This document shows, piece by piece, positions 35,051 to 45,274 of a stretch of DNA of 64,000 nucleotides. The DNA is from a virus. The position numbers and the translations under genes were made by a program. The DNA lies in IMG/VR virus record IMGVR_UViG_3300047319_000185, positions 48,631-112,630 of that record; one strand, written 5' to 3'. The notes beneath the pieces are model-generated. The model saw only the letters and a list, made by a program, of their open reading frames with translations, did no database searches and was not told where the DNA came from. Positions within the stretch are counted from its first letter, which is position 1, and the number at the start of each line of letters is the position of its first letter.

Positions 35051-35245
35051 ATGGCTCCATTCAAAAAAGGTCAGATACAGGTGGAGTCATTCGAGACCTC
35101 CGACAAAGCCTGGAGAGCCCTTACCAAGAAATATGCAGAACTACTCAATACTCCTAGATACAAGGATGCAAAAGCAGCCGGATATACATTGGGAGTAATA
35201 AAGTCAAAAGGACTCTACTGGGTCGTGGTTAATCCACCTAGGTAG
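35051..35245 (+). CDS. Hypothetical protein
   Basis: GGAGG RBS. Confidence 0.55.
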   Translation: MAPFKKGQIQVESFETSDKAWRALTKKYAELLNTPRYKDAKAAGYTLGVIKSKGLYWVVVNPPR

Positions 35246-35247
35246 AA

Positions 35248-35288
35248 AGAAGCTCTCTTTCCTTATACAAGGATTGAGGGCTTCTTTT
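35248..35288 (+). terminator. Intrinsic terminator
   Basis: AGAAGCTCTC..GAGGGCTTCT followed by TTT. Confidence 0.65.
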
Positions 35289-35289
35289 A

Positions 35290-35470
35290 TTTCAGATACT
35301 ACCTTATATTCAGGATACTATTTCGTTCCTTCGTCACGAAAATAGATACTATATAGATTTTATAGATACTGTACTACATAGGAGTCCCTAATCATAATCG
35401 GAAAACAGATACTACCCCTTATTTCAGATACTTACCTTGTACAGATCACCATTTCATAATCGGGAAACCA
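35290..35470 (+). repeat. Cluster of AGATACT and CATAATCGG direct repeats
   Basis: AGATACT at 35294, 35344, 35364, 35407 and 35426, GGATACT at 35313; CATAATCGG at 35393 and 35455. Confidence 0.7.
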
Positions 35471-36535
35471 GGCAGGTACCCATTCTGCCCACTAACTTTT
35501 AAAGGTGGGGGTACGAATTCATTACATTCATTGGTCGAACTATGTCATATTATTACGCTGAGTAATGGCATTCACAACTTATTCACATCTATTTGATTCA
35601 AACACGGGTTATTAGGGGTAACATGAACAACAGGTGAACAGAATTATATACAGAGAGTAATAATTAGCCCTATGGATAACCATTTATAGCCCTTGAATGG
35701 CCATAATCAGGGGATACTAGGGTGAATTGGTTGACAAAGGGAGAGGGGTGTGTCCTGGTATTGGGTACCAGAGGGTTTGTCAATAGTTGGTGCTGTACTG
35801 TTTAGTCACATCACGCTGTGTTATTCGGACATAAGGTGTGGTTTGGTGTCTATGGGATATGTGCAGATGCATTGATCAGACCATCGCAGGTGAGAGTATG
35901 TGCCAGTAGTGGTCTAGTCCTCATAGGTACATTGGTCTAGTCATCTACGCACAGTGAAAATCGTCTGTACAGCCCTGTGAGAGGTGAGCTGGATAGAGAG
36001 GACGTTGAGTACCAAAGGATCATGTTAGAGGGGCCAAAGAATGGATTCATGGCCATACTTGTGAGTACTCTTGTCTCTCTATGTATCTATGGTGTATATC
36101 GCTACGCTCTCCTGCGCTTCGCTTGGCCCCGAAATTTCCTGAGGGGAGTGTGTTGGGTCACAGGTGTGCATCGGCATAACGGACATACAGGGATAGTATG
36201 GGCGCGTAGCCACTAGCTTTGGTATCGAGTTGGTAACATCCTGGGATGAGGCTTTGACACGCTTCCCTACGTAGACAAGTGTGTGTCTCGCAAGGCAGCG
36301 GGGCGAACGGGAGACAGGCTGTAGCGGCCGGTTGAACGGATCGCACGACCCGCTGAGAGTCGCCAACTGAATAGCTCGCCATTCCTCACCGAACGGGCAG
36401 GGGCCGGATTAGCGACCGGTCAGCCCTTAGTAGGTCCCCGTGGTGAGTGGAGATCAAATGCTTAGTTCGATGCAACTTCCCGCATATGATGCGCGTCATT
36501 GTGTGTGGGTTGTTGGACCTAGCTAGGGAGAGACC

Positions 36536-36793
36536 ATGAGCAACAAAGCAGAGCGCAAGGCAATCGAGCGGCAGATCATCAACAATTACAAGGACATGAA
36601 GCTGATCCTCAAAGAGGCAGGCATGTCGCTTGACACCGACTGGAGTTACTGGCCGTTGGGTGCAAAGTGCGTTCACGCTGCCTATGCGGCACTGGGAATC
36701 GGTGTGGCATACAACCTGGGCATGGGTCAGTACAGCTATGACAGGTGCGAGCGTGTCATCAACGGACTCCAATACAGTACGGAGCTGATCTGA
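36536..36793 (+). CDS. Early hypothetical protein
   Basis: GGAG RBS; GC3-rich codons. Confidence 0.7.
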   Translation: MSNKAERKAIERQIINNYKDMKLILKEAGMSLDTDWSYWPLGAKCVHAAYAALGIGVAYNLGMGQYSYDRCERVINGLQYSTELI

Positions 36794-36962
36794 TCATGAT
36801 CCTTGTTGAACTGACCAGGGAACAGCGCAAGTTCATCGCAGAGGCCACTCAGACCCGTATGGATGCCATTCTGGCGAAGGACAGCAACGCATGGACCACA
36901 AGCGAGTATGCGGAGCTGGAAAGCCTTATGACGCAGTTGTATGTGGACTGCGCCGAATAGTA

Positions 36963-37034
36963 CTGACCTAGACCCGAAACGCTCTGTATGGAGCGTCTAG
37001 CCCTAGTGGAGGGCTACTGACGATGGGTCGTCAG
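36963..37034 (+). ncRNA. Type II hammerhead ribozyme
   Basis: GACCC-GAAA-CGCTC/GAGCG-TC^TAGCCC/GGGCTA-CTGACGA-T-GGGTC. Confidence 0.88.
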
Positions 37035-37053
37035 GGAACAGAGGAGACAGACC

Positions 37054-37872
37054 ATGATCTACACCAGCAAGCACATCGGCGACAATGGCAGCAAGTCCAA
37101 GGTTCACGCGATGCCCGATGACAGTGTTGACGGGCACAAGGCGAAGTGCGGTCGCAAGGTGCAGTGGCTCAACAATGGTCTGTATGGCACTGACCATGAG
37201 ATCACCTGTCTCCCCTGCATCAAGGTCATGGAGCGTGAGGAGCGTAAGGCGAACACTGACAAGTTCATCGCCGAGTCGGATGCCCGCTTGGCTGCTGCGG
37301 GTATTAGCACTGAGGGAGAGAACATGCGCATTGTCGGCATTCAGAACTACAGCGGTGAGAACGTGTTCACCTGTACCAACTGTGTTGCCAGTAGCTCATG
37401 GGCACGGGATGTGTTCATGGGTGAGGATGTCGTGTGCTGCACATGTGGTGAGATGCTCGGTTATGCGGCTGATTTCAGCGCCGCGATTCGGGAGGACAAG
37501 GGTCGCAAGCTTGTTGCTGAAGAGGACCGTTGGTACATGCTGGACAAGGCTCATGGAGAGGCACTGAAGATGAACAGTGATCTGTACATGCTGGCGCTGG
37601 CAGAGCGTCATGAGACCATCACGGACAACCGGCTTTACCACACTCCGCTGAATCGCTGGGAATACCACATTCGCGGCCTGTACGTCTCTCTGCAAGCCAT
37701 TCCGGTTATCGACTGGGTTTGCTACAGGGTGACTAAGTCGGGCAATCCCAGTAAGTCATACGAGACATACGACCTTGTGGACGCCATTGCCACGTATGAG
37801 GCCATGATCGGTGAGCACATGCACTGGCTTGAGGTCGACAGGCTTGACCGTGAGTGGCACTACTCGCACTAG
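37054..37872 (+). CDS. Early protein with Zn-finger motifs
   Basis: H..CG..CLPC, CTNC and CTCG motifs; AGGAG RBS. Confidence 0.75.
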   Translation: MIYTSKHIGDNGSKSKVHAMPDDSVDGHKAKCGRKVQWLNNGLYGTDHEITCLPCIKVMEREERKANTDKFIAESDARLAAAGISTEGENMRIVGIQNYSGENVFTCTNCVASSSWARDVFMGEDVVCCTCGEMLGYAADFSAAIREDKGRKLVAEEDRWYMLDKAHGEALKMNSDLYMLALAERHETITDNRLYHTPLNRWEYHIRGLYVSLQAIPVIDWVCYRVTKSGNPSKSYETYDLVDAIATYEAMIGEHMHWLEVDRLDREWHYSH

Positions 37873-37977
37873 ACAGACTTACCCCTTCCCTGCCTCTGAG
37901 CGGCGTTCTGAGCGCTTCTCAGGGGATGGGTGGGAGTATGTCCCAACTGTGTTGTTCGATCTTGTTAGGAGACAACT

Positions 37978-38451
37978 GTGTCCCTCTACACTGTCCGCTC
38001 GCGTGTCAGCCTCACTGGTAAGCCCATTCTGTCCAGCAAAATGGATGAGCAGGACCCTGCCAACATGCCCGTGCCGCTCGAATTCAAGAGTGCGATGGAA
38101 ATGCTGCACTGGTCACTAGCTAATGGTGTATTCGGTCGTGAGTTCTACGCCAATCGCTCTCCCCGCACTCCTGAGGAGATCCGTCTCCGTGATGGAGGGG
38201 ACGAATGGCGTGCCTATCGGGTAAGCGGTGACTGGCCTAAGTGGGAGCTGACCAACGAGAACTATGACGCCATGGTGAGTGCTGCCAAGCGTTACCGTGC
38301 GATCCTCCACTACTTCCGCGAGATTGAGCCTGAGTGGACGTACGTGGAAACCATTCACTACGCGGACAACAGCACCATGGTTTACGAGATCAATCGCAAT
38401 GGACAGATGCGCTCGCACATGACTGTCTCTCCGCACGGTGACATCTGCTAG
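37978..38451 (+). CDS. Early hypothetical protein
   Basis: AGGAG RBS. Confidence 0.7.
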   Translation: MSLYTVRSRVSLTGKPILSSKMDEQDPANMPVPLEFKSAMEMLHWSLANGVFGREFYANRSPRTPEEIRLRDGGDEWRAYRVSGDWPKWELTNENYDAMVSAAKRYRAILHYFREIEPEWTYVETIHYADNSTMVYEINRNGQMRSHMTVSPHGDIC

Positions 38452-38547
38452 TAACAGAACTCTTTGGGCATTCTCAGACTCTCTGAGTGTGTCCATGGGG
38501 GATTGTTGCCCCGACCCTGTTTCAACGTCGCAGAGGAGCACACAGCC

Positions 38548-38847
38548 ATGAACAACGCTGCCGCATTCCGCATGCTTGAGGGACGTCTCTCCGCACATGT
38601 CCAGCGGTTCAACGGCTATGACGTGAGCGCCAATGACTCCGATGAGCAGTATTTCCTTACCACGGAGAAACTGGCACTTGCCAAGGCTGCATTGGAGAGT
38701 GCCCCGGCATTCAAGGTCACGACGCTTGCCCGTTCGTTGGGTGATATCTACCGGACTGTCAAGCACAGCATGAGCGCTGCTGACCTCAAGCGCTGGAATG
38801 AGATCAATGAGACGTTGGAAGCTCTCTCGGACAAGTACGAGGGATAG
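38548..38847 (+). CDS. Early hypothetical protein
   Basis: GAGGAG RBS. Confidence 0.7.
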   Translation: MNNAAAFRMLEGRLSAHVQRFNGYDVSANDSDEQYFLTTEKLALAKAALESAPAFKVTTLARSLGDIYRTVKHSMSAADLKRWNEINETLEALSDKYEG

Positions 38848-38906
38848 CAGCGGAAACGTCAGCCAAGACAGCACAACAACACACAGCCGTCATGAAAGGA
38901 CACCTC

Positions 38907-40304
38907 ATGTCTGTCACCACGCTCGCTGCCGAGGAACTCACCGCCATGCTGTCCAGGATGACCTATTCCATGATCGGCAAGGGAAAGGCTATCCACCTGT
39001 CCAAGGCAGGAACCACCATGTGTGGCAAGTCTGTGGACCTGTACACAGTGAATCCGGCAGACTACCCCGCTTATGACATCTGCAAGCGGTGCATGGTCAC
39101 TGCTGAGAAGAACTACCGCATGGAGCGCAAGATTTCCTACGGTGTCATGCGTGACCAGGAATTGGACCGTATGACCTACGGTGGAAAGCCTTTCACTAAG
39201 GCTGAAGAGAACGCTGCAATTGAGGACGCGATGCAGTATGCGGGAAGGACTACGAATGCAAATATCGCCATTCTCACCGCAGACGGATTCGTTGAGTGCA
39301 CTCCCGAAATTCTGGAGAGCGCGCTGAATGGGCTTGTCACACCTAAGCGTGCCTGCGAGTGCTGCGGTACGGAGACAGAAGACTTCGGCGCTCCTGAGGT
39401 ACTCATGTGTGAGCCGTGTGAGGAGCGCCACTGTGAGGCTGATGGACAGTGCTCCTCCGGTGATGCTGATTGGGACCCTGAGATTCAGGTGATGCGTCAG
39501 TTGTTCCCTGAGTATTCCGATGAGCAGATTCGGGAGATTCTCGACCGTCCCGAATTCTCTTACCCGAATGAGAACGACTATGAGGATGCAGATGCATTCG
39601 AGTCGGGAATTCGGAATGCGAATGACACAGCGCGGGAAGAGGGATTCGCTATCTCTTCCCCTGAGTGGCTGGACTGCTTTCAGCGTTCCTATGAGTCCAT
39701 GCACATTGAGAATGAGGACCGACGCATCAATGCCGCATTTGAGGCAGAACAAGATGCCGAATTGACTGCACTTGACGCTGAGTACGACCGTCAGCAGCAC
39801 AACCCCATGGATGAGCGGCACGAGGAATATCTTGTGACCTATCCCTACATGGTTGGGGAGAATCTCGTGTACGCGTGCTGTGAGTCCGAAATCGGTCCTG
39901 TCTGTGAGCATCTGCGTGATGTGTCTGAGGAGTGGCACGTATTCGCCATGGGTGAATGGCACTCCATGATGTACGAGGGTTACGCGCCGATCTGCATTCT
40001 CATTGACGGTATTTACCAGGATGTTGATTATCGTCATCACGCTGGCGATTGCAACAACATGTGTGTCCTGGGTGATGAGACTCCGATGGAAGACACCATG
40101 AATGCTCCCGAAATGGTGGAGGCGCGTCTGTCCATTGAGGTTGACGGAATCACGGTTGATCTCGGATTCCACACATTCGAGATTCCCCCGCTGTGTGAGA
40201 AGTCCATTGCGACTCTCTACGGAGAGAAGTATGGGGAATGGAAGCGTCCCGGCATCGTTGAGTGGGATGACGTGCTGACTGTCACAGAGCAGTACGCACT
40301 TTAG
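38907..40304 (+). CDS. Large acidic early protein with Zn-finger motifs
   Basis: GAAAGGA RBS; very Asp/Glu-rich; CxxC pairs. Confidence 0.75.
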   Translation: MSVTTLAAEELTAMLSRMTYSMIGKGKAIHLSKAGTTMCGKSVDLYTVNPADYPAYDICKRCMVTAEKNYRMERKISYGVMRDQELDRMTYGGKPFTKAEENAAIEDAMQYAGRTTNANIAILTADGFVECTPEILESALNGLVTPKRACECCGTETEDFGAPEVLMCEPCEERHCEADGQCSSGDADWDPEIQVMRQLFPEYSDEQIREILDRPEFSYPNENDYEDADAFESGIRNANDTAREEGFAISSPEWLDCFQRSYESMHIENEDRRINAAFEAEQDAELTALDAEYDRQQHNPMDERHEEYLVTYPYMVGENLVYACCESEIGPVCEHLRDVSEEWHVFAMGEWHSMMYEGYAPICILIDGIYQDVDYRHHAGDCNNMCVLGDETPMEDTMNAPEMVEARLSIEVDGITVDLGFHTFEIPPLCEKSIATLYGEKYGEWKRPGIVEWDDVLTVTEQYAL

Positions 40305-40395
40305 AACGCCCGTAACAGCCCCTCTGCCGCTTGTACAGGGTGGAGGGGTCCCGTTGGTCCAACCACACAGTTTGATCTTGTCAGAGAGGCATACA

Positions 40396-40767
40396 ATGCA
40401 GTTCATCGTTACGGCACACCCTGAGGCATTCACTGATGTTGATGCCGCGCAGCAGTTCGCCGCGAATTTGGTCCGGGACACAGGAGAGACTCTCTATGTC
40501 CTTCCTGTCGGTAATCGGATGCCAGGTTTCAAGGTTGAGAACGTCGGAATCATGGTGACGTTGGAAGAGGGAGAGGAGACTGAGCAGACAGAGCAGGAAT
40601 GGCAAAAGGAATTCGCCTCTGCTCTGGCAGTCGATATGAAGTTTGGTGGTGTGCCCAAGGCACGTGCTGTCAGGCTTTACCGTGATGCATTCCATTGCAG
40701 CCTTGCAGAGTCGCTTATGGCGATTGACATTGCAATCGGGGAACTGAATGCAGGAGAGGACATCTGA
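40396..40767 (+). CDS. Early hypothetical protein
   Basis: GAGG RBS; C-terminal KARAVRLYR...SLAES resembles the L7/L12 C-terminal motif. Confidence 0.65.
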   Translation: MQFIVTAHPEAFTDVDAAQQFAANLVRDTGETLYVLPVGNRMPGFKVENVGIMVTLEEGEETEQTEQEWQKEFASALAVDMKFGGVPKARAVRLYRDAFHCSLAESLMAIDIAIGELNAGEDI

Positions 40768-41381
40768 TGGATGAACAGGACTATTGGGACAGCGTCCATG
40801 CCGAACAGGACGATAACGATTATTGGGGTGAGATGGACGCTGAAGCGGTATACGCAGAGGAAATGGAAATGCTGAATCGTCACGTTGCCAATTGCACAAA
40901 GGCAGAACGTGACGAATACTGCAAGATCTGCATGGAGTACTGACATGTGGAATATGTGTACATGTAGGTCTCGCCGAATTCGTGGGTGGCGAAGTGTCCG
41001 TTGCTCCTACTTGGCTGACCATGTCCAGAGAAGCAAGTGGCACTGCGACAACACAAATACTGGCTACATTTGGCTAGTGCGAAAGAGATAGAACAGATCT
41101 GTATGCCTTTAGGGGTGCTGTAGGGCTTTCTGAGAGCCTCGCAGCATCTCTATGGACAGACAGTCCAGCCATAGCCTGAAACAGCCTGAGAGGGGCCGTT
41201 GTGTTCGTTCTGATGTTCATCTCGTCATTCAGCTTGGCCAGTGCTTACTACATCGGCCGTAACCACGGAAGGCAGGGGAAATGAATCCAGTACTGGAGTC
41301 TGTCCTGTATTACCTGGGCGCATGTGCAGTGACAGCGATCCTGTGGATTATCGGTGTGGCTCTGATCAAGAGGAGCGGGAA

Positions 41382-41621
41382 ATGAATGCGTGGATTTACG
41401 ACGGATTCAAAGACCAGTATTTCTATGTGTGGGAGGGATTCACTGGCTACGTACGTGAGAACCCTGATCACACGTGGTCTGCCTGTGTGTGGTTGGGTGA
41501 CGAGAAGATCAGCCTCAGCCATCCCAAAGAGTCCATGACAGAGGCCATGGTGTACGCTGGTGATGCCATGTGGGATTGGCAGAGCCAGTCTGAGAGGATG
41601 ATGTCTCGGCTGTACGTCTGA
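41382..41621 (+). CDS. Early hypothetical protein
   Basis: GAGGAG RBS. Confidence 0.6.
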   Translation: MNAWIYDGFKDQYFYVWEGFTGYVRENPDHTWSACVWLGDEKISLSHPKESMTEAMVYAGDAMWDWQSQSERMMSRLYV

Positions 41622-41630
41622 CCAGCAGAG

Positions 41631-41659
41631 TTGACCAGAAGATGAAAGTTTGGTAGTCT
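41631..41659 (+). promoter_or_regulatory. Early promoter
   Basis: TTGACC-17-TAGTCT. Confidence 0.6.
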
Positions 41660-41826
41660 CTGGTATGTCGAAGCATTACCGTCGAAAAGCAGTTAAGTAC
41701 TAAAAAACAAGATAGAGAGTTAGGGTTAAATGACTAAACCTTAACTCTCTATTTCTGTTTATCTTTTCTTTTAAATTAAGAGAAAAACTCTTAATTTAAA
41801 TCAGAGGGTAAATAGGAGGAGAAAAG

Positions 41827-42024
41827 ATGTATTCCTGTTACATTCATTACGATAGTGGAAGAACCTCTAAACTGACTGAAATTGACAAGTTGGATGTTGA
41901 TAAGATTATCTACAGTAAAGAGAACACTCAAATCATCACACAGCATTCTCCCAATGGAGATATAACTGTTATTGATATGAGTAAGGTTTACCTGATTGAA
42001 TTTCTCTGGGAGGAAAAGAAGTAG
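41827..42024 (+). CDS. Hypothetical protein (AT-rich)
   Basis: AGGAGG RBS. Confidence 0.6.
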   Translation: MYSCYIHYDSGRTSKLTEIDKLDVDKIIYSKENTQIITQHSPNGDITVIDMSKVYLIEFLWEEKK

Positions 42025-42260
42025 TGAAAAACTATAAGGTAAAGATTTATCTTAGTGATTTCTCTTTTACCATAACAGCAACCCTTAGTACAGAAGGAAT
42101 AAGCCAACTACTTGATGCCATTTACAGTAACAGGACTAGTAAATGGAGAAAGAAGACAACCTTTACTGTTACATCCTCTGGTAGTGATCCCAGTTTTTCA
42201 TTTCCTCTGGCAAATGTTTGTCTGATTGAGTTCTCTGAAGTTGTTGAAGGAGAGAAGTAA
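42024..42260 (+). CDS. Hypothetical protein (AT-rich)
   Basis: Coupled ORF; V.LIEF ending like the previous gene. Confidence 0.6.
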   Translation: MKNYKVKIYLSDFSFTITATLSTEGISQLLDAIYSNRTSKWRKKTTFTVTSSGSDPSFSFPLANVCLIEFSEVVEGEK

Positions 42261-42469
42261 TGAGTACTGAAATTCCTGAGATTCCGTCATTTCCTCTGGA
42301 TTTGAACGAATTCGAGATAGCAACTCTGTTGGATGCTCTTATTGAGTATCGCAATAAGGTTGGTTATGAGGAAGAGAGCAAGTACAACTACCGGGTACTC
42401 AGGCTATACACTAAGGTTCGTAAGTTCCGTCGACTGACTCGTGAAATGGAAACTAATGAAAATGGGTGA
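42260..42469 (+). CDS. Hypothetical protein
   Basis: Coupled ORF. Confidence 0.6.
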   Translation: MSTEIPEIPSFPLDLNEFEIATLLDALIEYRNKVGYEEESKYNYRVLRLYTKVRKFRRLTREMETNENG

Positions 42470-42689
42470 CATTCCTGTTCCTCTGGTTCTCACAAGGGAT
42501 CAGATCAGGTTGATCCGTGGTGCTCTGTTTGTCATCAATGACTCCTGCTTTAATTGGACCGTTGATATTGTCAAGGACATTGCAGAGGTTGTTGAACTGA
42601 TCGATCATGCCGAAGACAGGGCAACAATCAACAACGCCAAGTTGGTAAAGCCTACACTCTGGCAAGAGATCATTGACTCACTCGCTTAG
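42441..42689 (+). CDS. Hypothetical protein
   Basis: Overlapping downstream ORF; start uncertain. Confidence 0.55.
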   Translation: MKWKLMKMGDIPVPLVLTRDQIRLIRGALFVINDSCFNWTVDIVKDIAEVVELIDHAEDRATINNAKLVKPTLWQEIIDSLA

Positions 42690-42829
42690 CCCTACCGCTA
42701 GACCCTAAAGACCCTCTAGAACGGCTAGAAATGGCCTCTAGAGGGTCTTTGGCGTTACGGGTGGACTCCAGGACCAACTGAGGTCTGTGAGGCTCTCAGA
42801 GAGGCCGTAGAATCAGTTTGGTTCAGGAC

Positions 42830-42858
42830 TTGACCTCCCTGCGGTCGGCAGGTAGTGT
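42830..42858 (+). promoter_or_regulatory. Early promoter
   Basis: TTGACC-17-TAGTGT. Confidence 0.6.
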
Positions 42859-42990
42859 TCTGGTTGTAGGGAAGAACACGGCGGGACAGAGAGTCTAGTA
42901 ACACTTTGTTCTAGTGGCTGCTTACCTTCTACAGGGACTGGCTAAATACCTCTCTGTAGCGGGTAAGGAACTACTAGTGGAGGAGTAGTA

Positions 42991-43293
42991 ATGCAGATTG
43001 TCTATCGCAACAAGGTTGACCACGTCTCGCATGATGTGGTTGACTCTCAGGTATGGCACTGGGAAGAGGGTGGAGAGATCATCTCTGACGCTGTTGCTCA
43101 GACTATTGCGTCATGGTGGCACTATCCAAGCTCTCCGAACAGCACTGCACTCAGTACGATGGGTGCTGTGACTGTGGACATGCACATCAGGGATTTTGCT
43201 GATGTAGGTGAGTATCTGTCGGCAGGCGAAGCGGACGCTCTTGAACTTGACGCGCTTGAGGCATACATTGTCTCAAAGCAGGATGACGAGTAA
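42991..43293 (+). CDS. Acidic hypothetical protein
   Basis: GGAGGAG RBS. Confidence 0.7.
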   Translation: MQIVYRNKVDHVSHDVVDSQVWHWEEGGEIISDAVAQTIASWWHYPSSPNSTALSTMGAVTVDMHIRDFADVGEYLSAGEADALELDALEAYIVSKQDDE

Positions 43294-43365
43294 TTCGGTT
43301 GAATTTCCTATTAGGGATATCTTAGGAATTCCTAATAGGTTATTCGGTGAATTACCGACAAAGAT

Positions 43366-44034
43366 ATGAGGAGAATTATGTCTTACGAAAGTGCATCTGT
43401 CATTAGTGCTGCTGAGTATCTTGACGAGTACTGCGAATTCGGTAACTGGCGCGATAAGGTCAACCTCAAGACTCTGCGTATGTCTAGTATGACTGACTGC
43501 ATTCTGGGCCAGGTTTACGGTGACTACAACGTGGCTGAGGCTGTTCTTAATCGGGCCTCTAGTGATGACGAGTGGGACAACGTTTCGGAGGCTTTCGAGT
43601 CTTTCCAGGATGCATGGATTGAGTATCTGAAGCCTTTCCAGAAGGATTACCTTGTCACGGGTTCTGAGTGGATTTATCAGAACATCAATGGACAGAATCC
43701 TGTTCGGCTGCATCACACTGTCATGCTTGGAACTGTTAATTATGTAGTGTTCTCGCATGTGGGCCAGGAAATGCAGATTAGGACTGAGGCTGCTTTCCGC
43801 AAGACTTTCAAGCCTAAGCCTGAGATTGTCTACGTTGAGGGACAGCTTTATATTGGTAAGGACAAGGCTGTGCTTATGTATGGTGCCAAGATTTACTATG
43901 GCAAGCCAGGATTCTACTACCTCAATGACACTCTCTACGGTAGTCTAGAGTACTTTGAGAAGGAGCATGGTCCTCTTAAGCCCATTGAGGCAGTGAAGAA
44001 TGACGGTAAGCCTGTTATTGCCAAGATTGGTTAA
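43366..44034 (+). CDS. Hypothetical protein
   Basis: LD..W...L.M....CILGQVYG.Y pattern. Confidence 0.7.
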   Translation: MRRIMSYESASVISAAEYLDEYCEFGNWRDKVNLKTLRMSSMTDCILGQVYGDYNVAEAVLNRASSDDEWDNVSEAFESFQDAWIEYLKPFQKDYLVTGSEWIYQNINGQNPVRLHHTVMLGTVNYVVFSHVGQEMQIRTEAAFRKTFKPKPEIVYVEGQLYIGKDKAVLMYGAKIYYGKPGFYYLNDTLYGSLEYFEKEHGPLKPIEAVKNDGKPVIAKIG

Positions 44035-44119
44035 TTGCACCTGAGTTGTCATAGGAAATCACTTCGTTGTGCGGAGTGTGTTCCTATGATTTCTCTGGCC
44101 CAATTAATCAGGGAGAATA

Positions 44120-44458
44120 ATGAGAATCAGCATGGAAATTCCCGATACCCTTGTTACTGTGGCAGATGTCACGAATCACAAGGGAAATCCTGAGAGCATC
44201 ATTGCAGTACTGGGTATTCCTCTCCTGTATTTCAATGGTGCTGGAGAGCGTAAGTACAACGAGGCAAATCCTGAGTATGACTGGCGCAGGGATAACAGTG
44301 ATTGGGAGGAGCACGTGAAGTATGTGCTTGCCCGAACCATCACAAAGCTTTTGTTGGCAGATGAGACTATAGCTGATAACTTTCAGCTTGAACCCGTATG
44401 CGGTCGGGAGATCAGCTACAATCCGTCGATTGAGTATGTTCGAGAGGACAACAACTGA
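44120..44458 (+). CDS. Hypothetical protein
   Basis: GGAG RBS. Confidence 0.65.
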   Translation: MRISMEIPDTLVTVADVTNHKGNPESIIAVLGIPLLYFNGAGERKYNEANPEYDWRRDNSDWEEHVKYVLARTITKLLLADETIADNFQLEPVCGREISYNPSIEYVREDNN

Positions 44459-44859
44459 TGTACAAGTTCACTGCTCAGGACATGGATCAGCTTTGCTCCA
44501 ATGGCGCGAATTGGGGAGAATGGGCACGCGTTCAGCAGGATGAGGATGGACGCTGGGATGTCATGGGAGAGACTGGTGAGGAAATCAACTACGATTTCAA
44601 GCACGCTCACTGGCTTGAGGACAATTGGGCGAATGTTGTGCTTGCCAAGATGTTTCTTGATCAGGAGGGTTACACCTATCAAGTTCTCTACGACAATGCA
44701 GACAACACTTCGGGGTGGTGGTTTGAGAGGCTGCACCACGTCTCAGAGCGCATCTCAGCCACTGCGGAGGGTCGGGTGGCACTCTTGGAGCTTGCAGAGA
44801 TGCTGAGGCGTCAGAACACCGGTTACGTGATTCTGACGGACTTCTCTCGCATCCGTTGA
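44458..44859 (+). CDS. Acidic hypothetical protein
   Basis: Coupled ORF. Confidence 0.65.
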   Translation: MYKFTAQDMDQLCSNGANWGEWARVQQDEDGRWDVMGETGEEINYDFKHAHWLEDNWANVVLAKMFLDQEGYTYQVLYDNADNTSGWWFERLHHVSERISATAEGRVALLELAEMLRRQNTGYVILTDFSRIR

Positions 44860-44890
44860 CAACGGACTAGGAACCAGCTAGGTTGAGGTT

Positions 44891-45193
44891 ATGGAAGAGA
44901 TCGCAGTACGTGAGTACAGGATTTGGCTTGAGACTGGTGACCTCATGGGTTGCGCCAGTATCTATAAGCGTCGTGCATGGTGGACTGTAGAACTTGATCC
45001 GTTCTTGCATACTGAGAAAGTCAGGACTAAGGGCTTCCGCAGTGAGTCCGAAGCTGATAGCTTTGCACAGGAAACAGCCGAGAGGTACATGGCTGAGGCT
45101 ATCGAGTGGGAGCGTGAGCACTGCAAGGAAATGGACTGTGAAGATGACCATGACTATGCAGAGTCCTACAGTATTCAGATAGTTGAGAGCTAG
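44891..45193 (+). CDS. Acidic hypothetical protein
   Basis: Follows a TTGACA-17-TAGGTT promoter at 44856-44884. Confidence 0.65.
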   Translation: MEEIAVREYRIWLETGDLMGCASIYKRRAWWTVELDPFLHTEKVRTKGFRSESEADSFAQETAERYMAEAIEWEREHCKEMDCEDDHDYAESYSIQIVES

Positions 45194-45274
45194 AAAGCTT
45201 TACTGATTCAGGGCTTGAAATCCTTGGATCGGTATGGTTTCCTAGACACAGGAAACAGACCAGAGGGAGTTAAG

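Noticed and set aside
35290-35470. CRISPR array
   Set aside because: Repeats are only 7-9 bp with irregular spacing; no cas genes
35977-36382. Short ORFs on both strands at the start of the early block
   Set aside because: No RBS and atypical composition; the region looks regulatory or structured
38116-38874. 252-aa minus-strand ORF
   Set aside because: Antisense to two well-supported early genes
38859-40481. 540-aa minus-strand ORF
   Set aside because: Antisense shadow of the RBS-bearing plus-strand gene 38907-40304; no RBS or recognisable motifs
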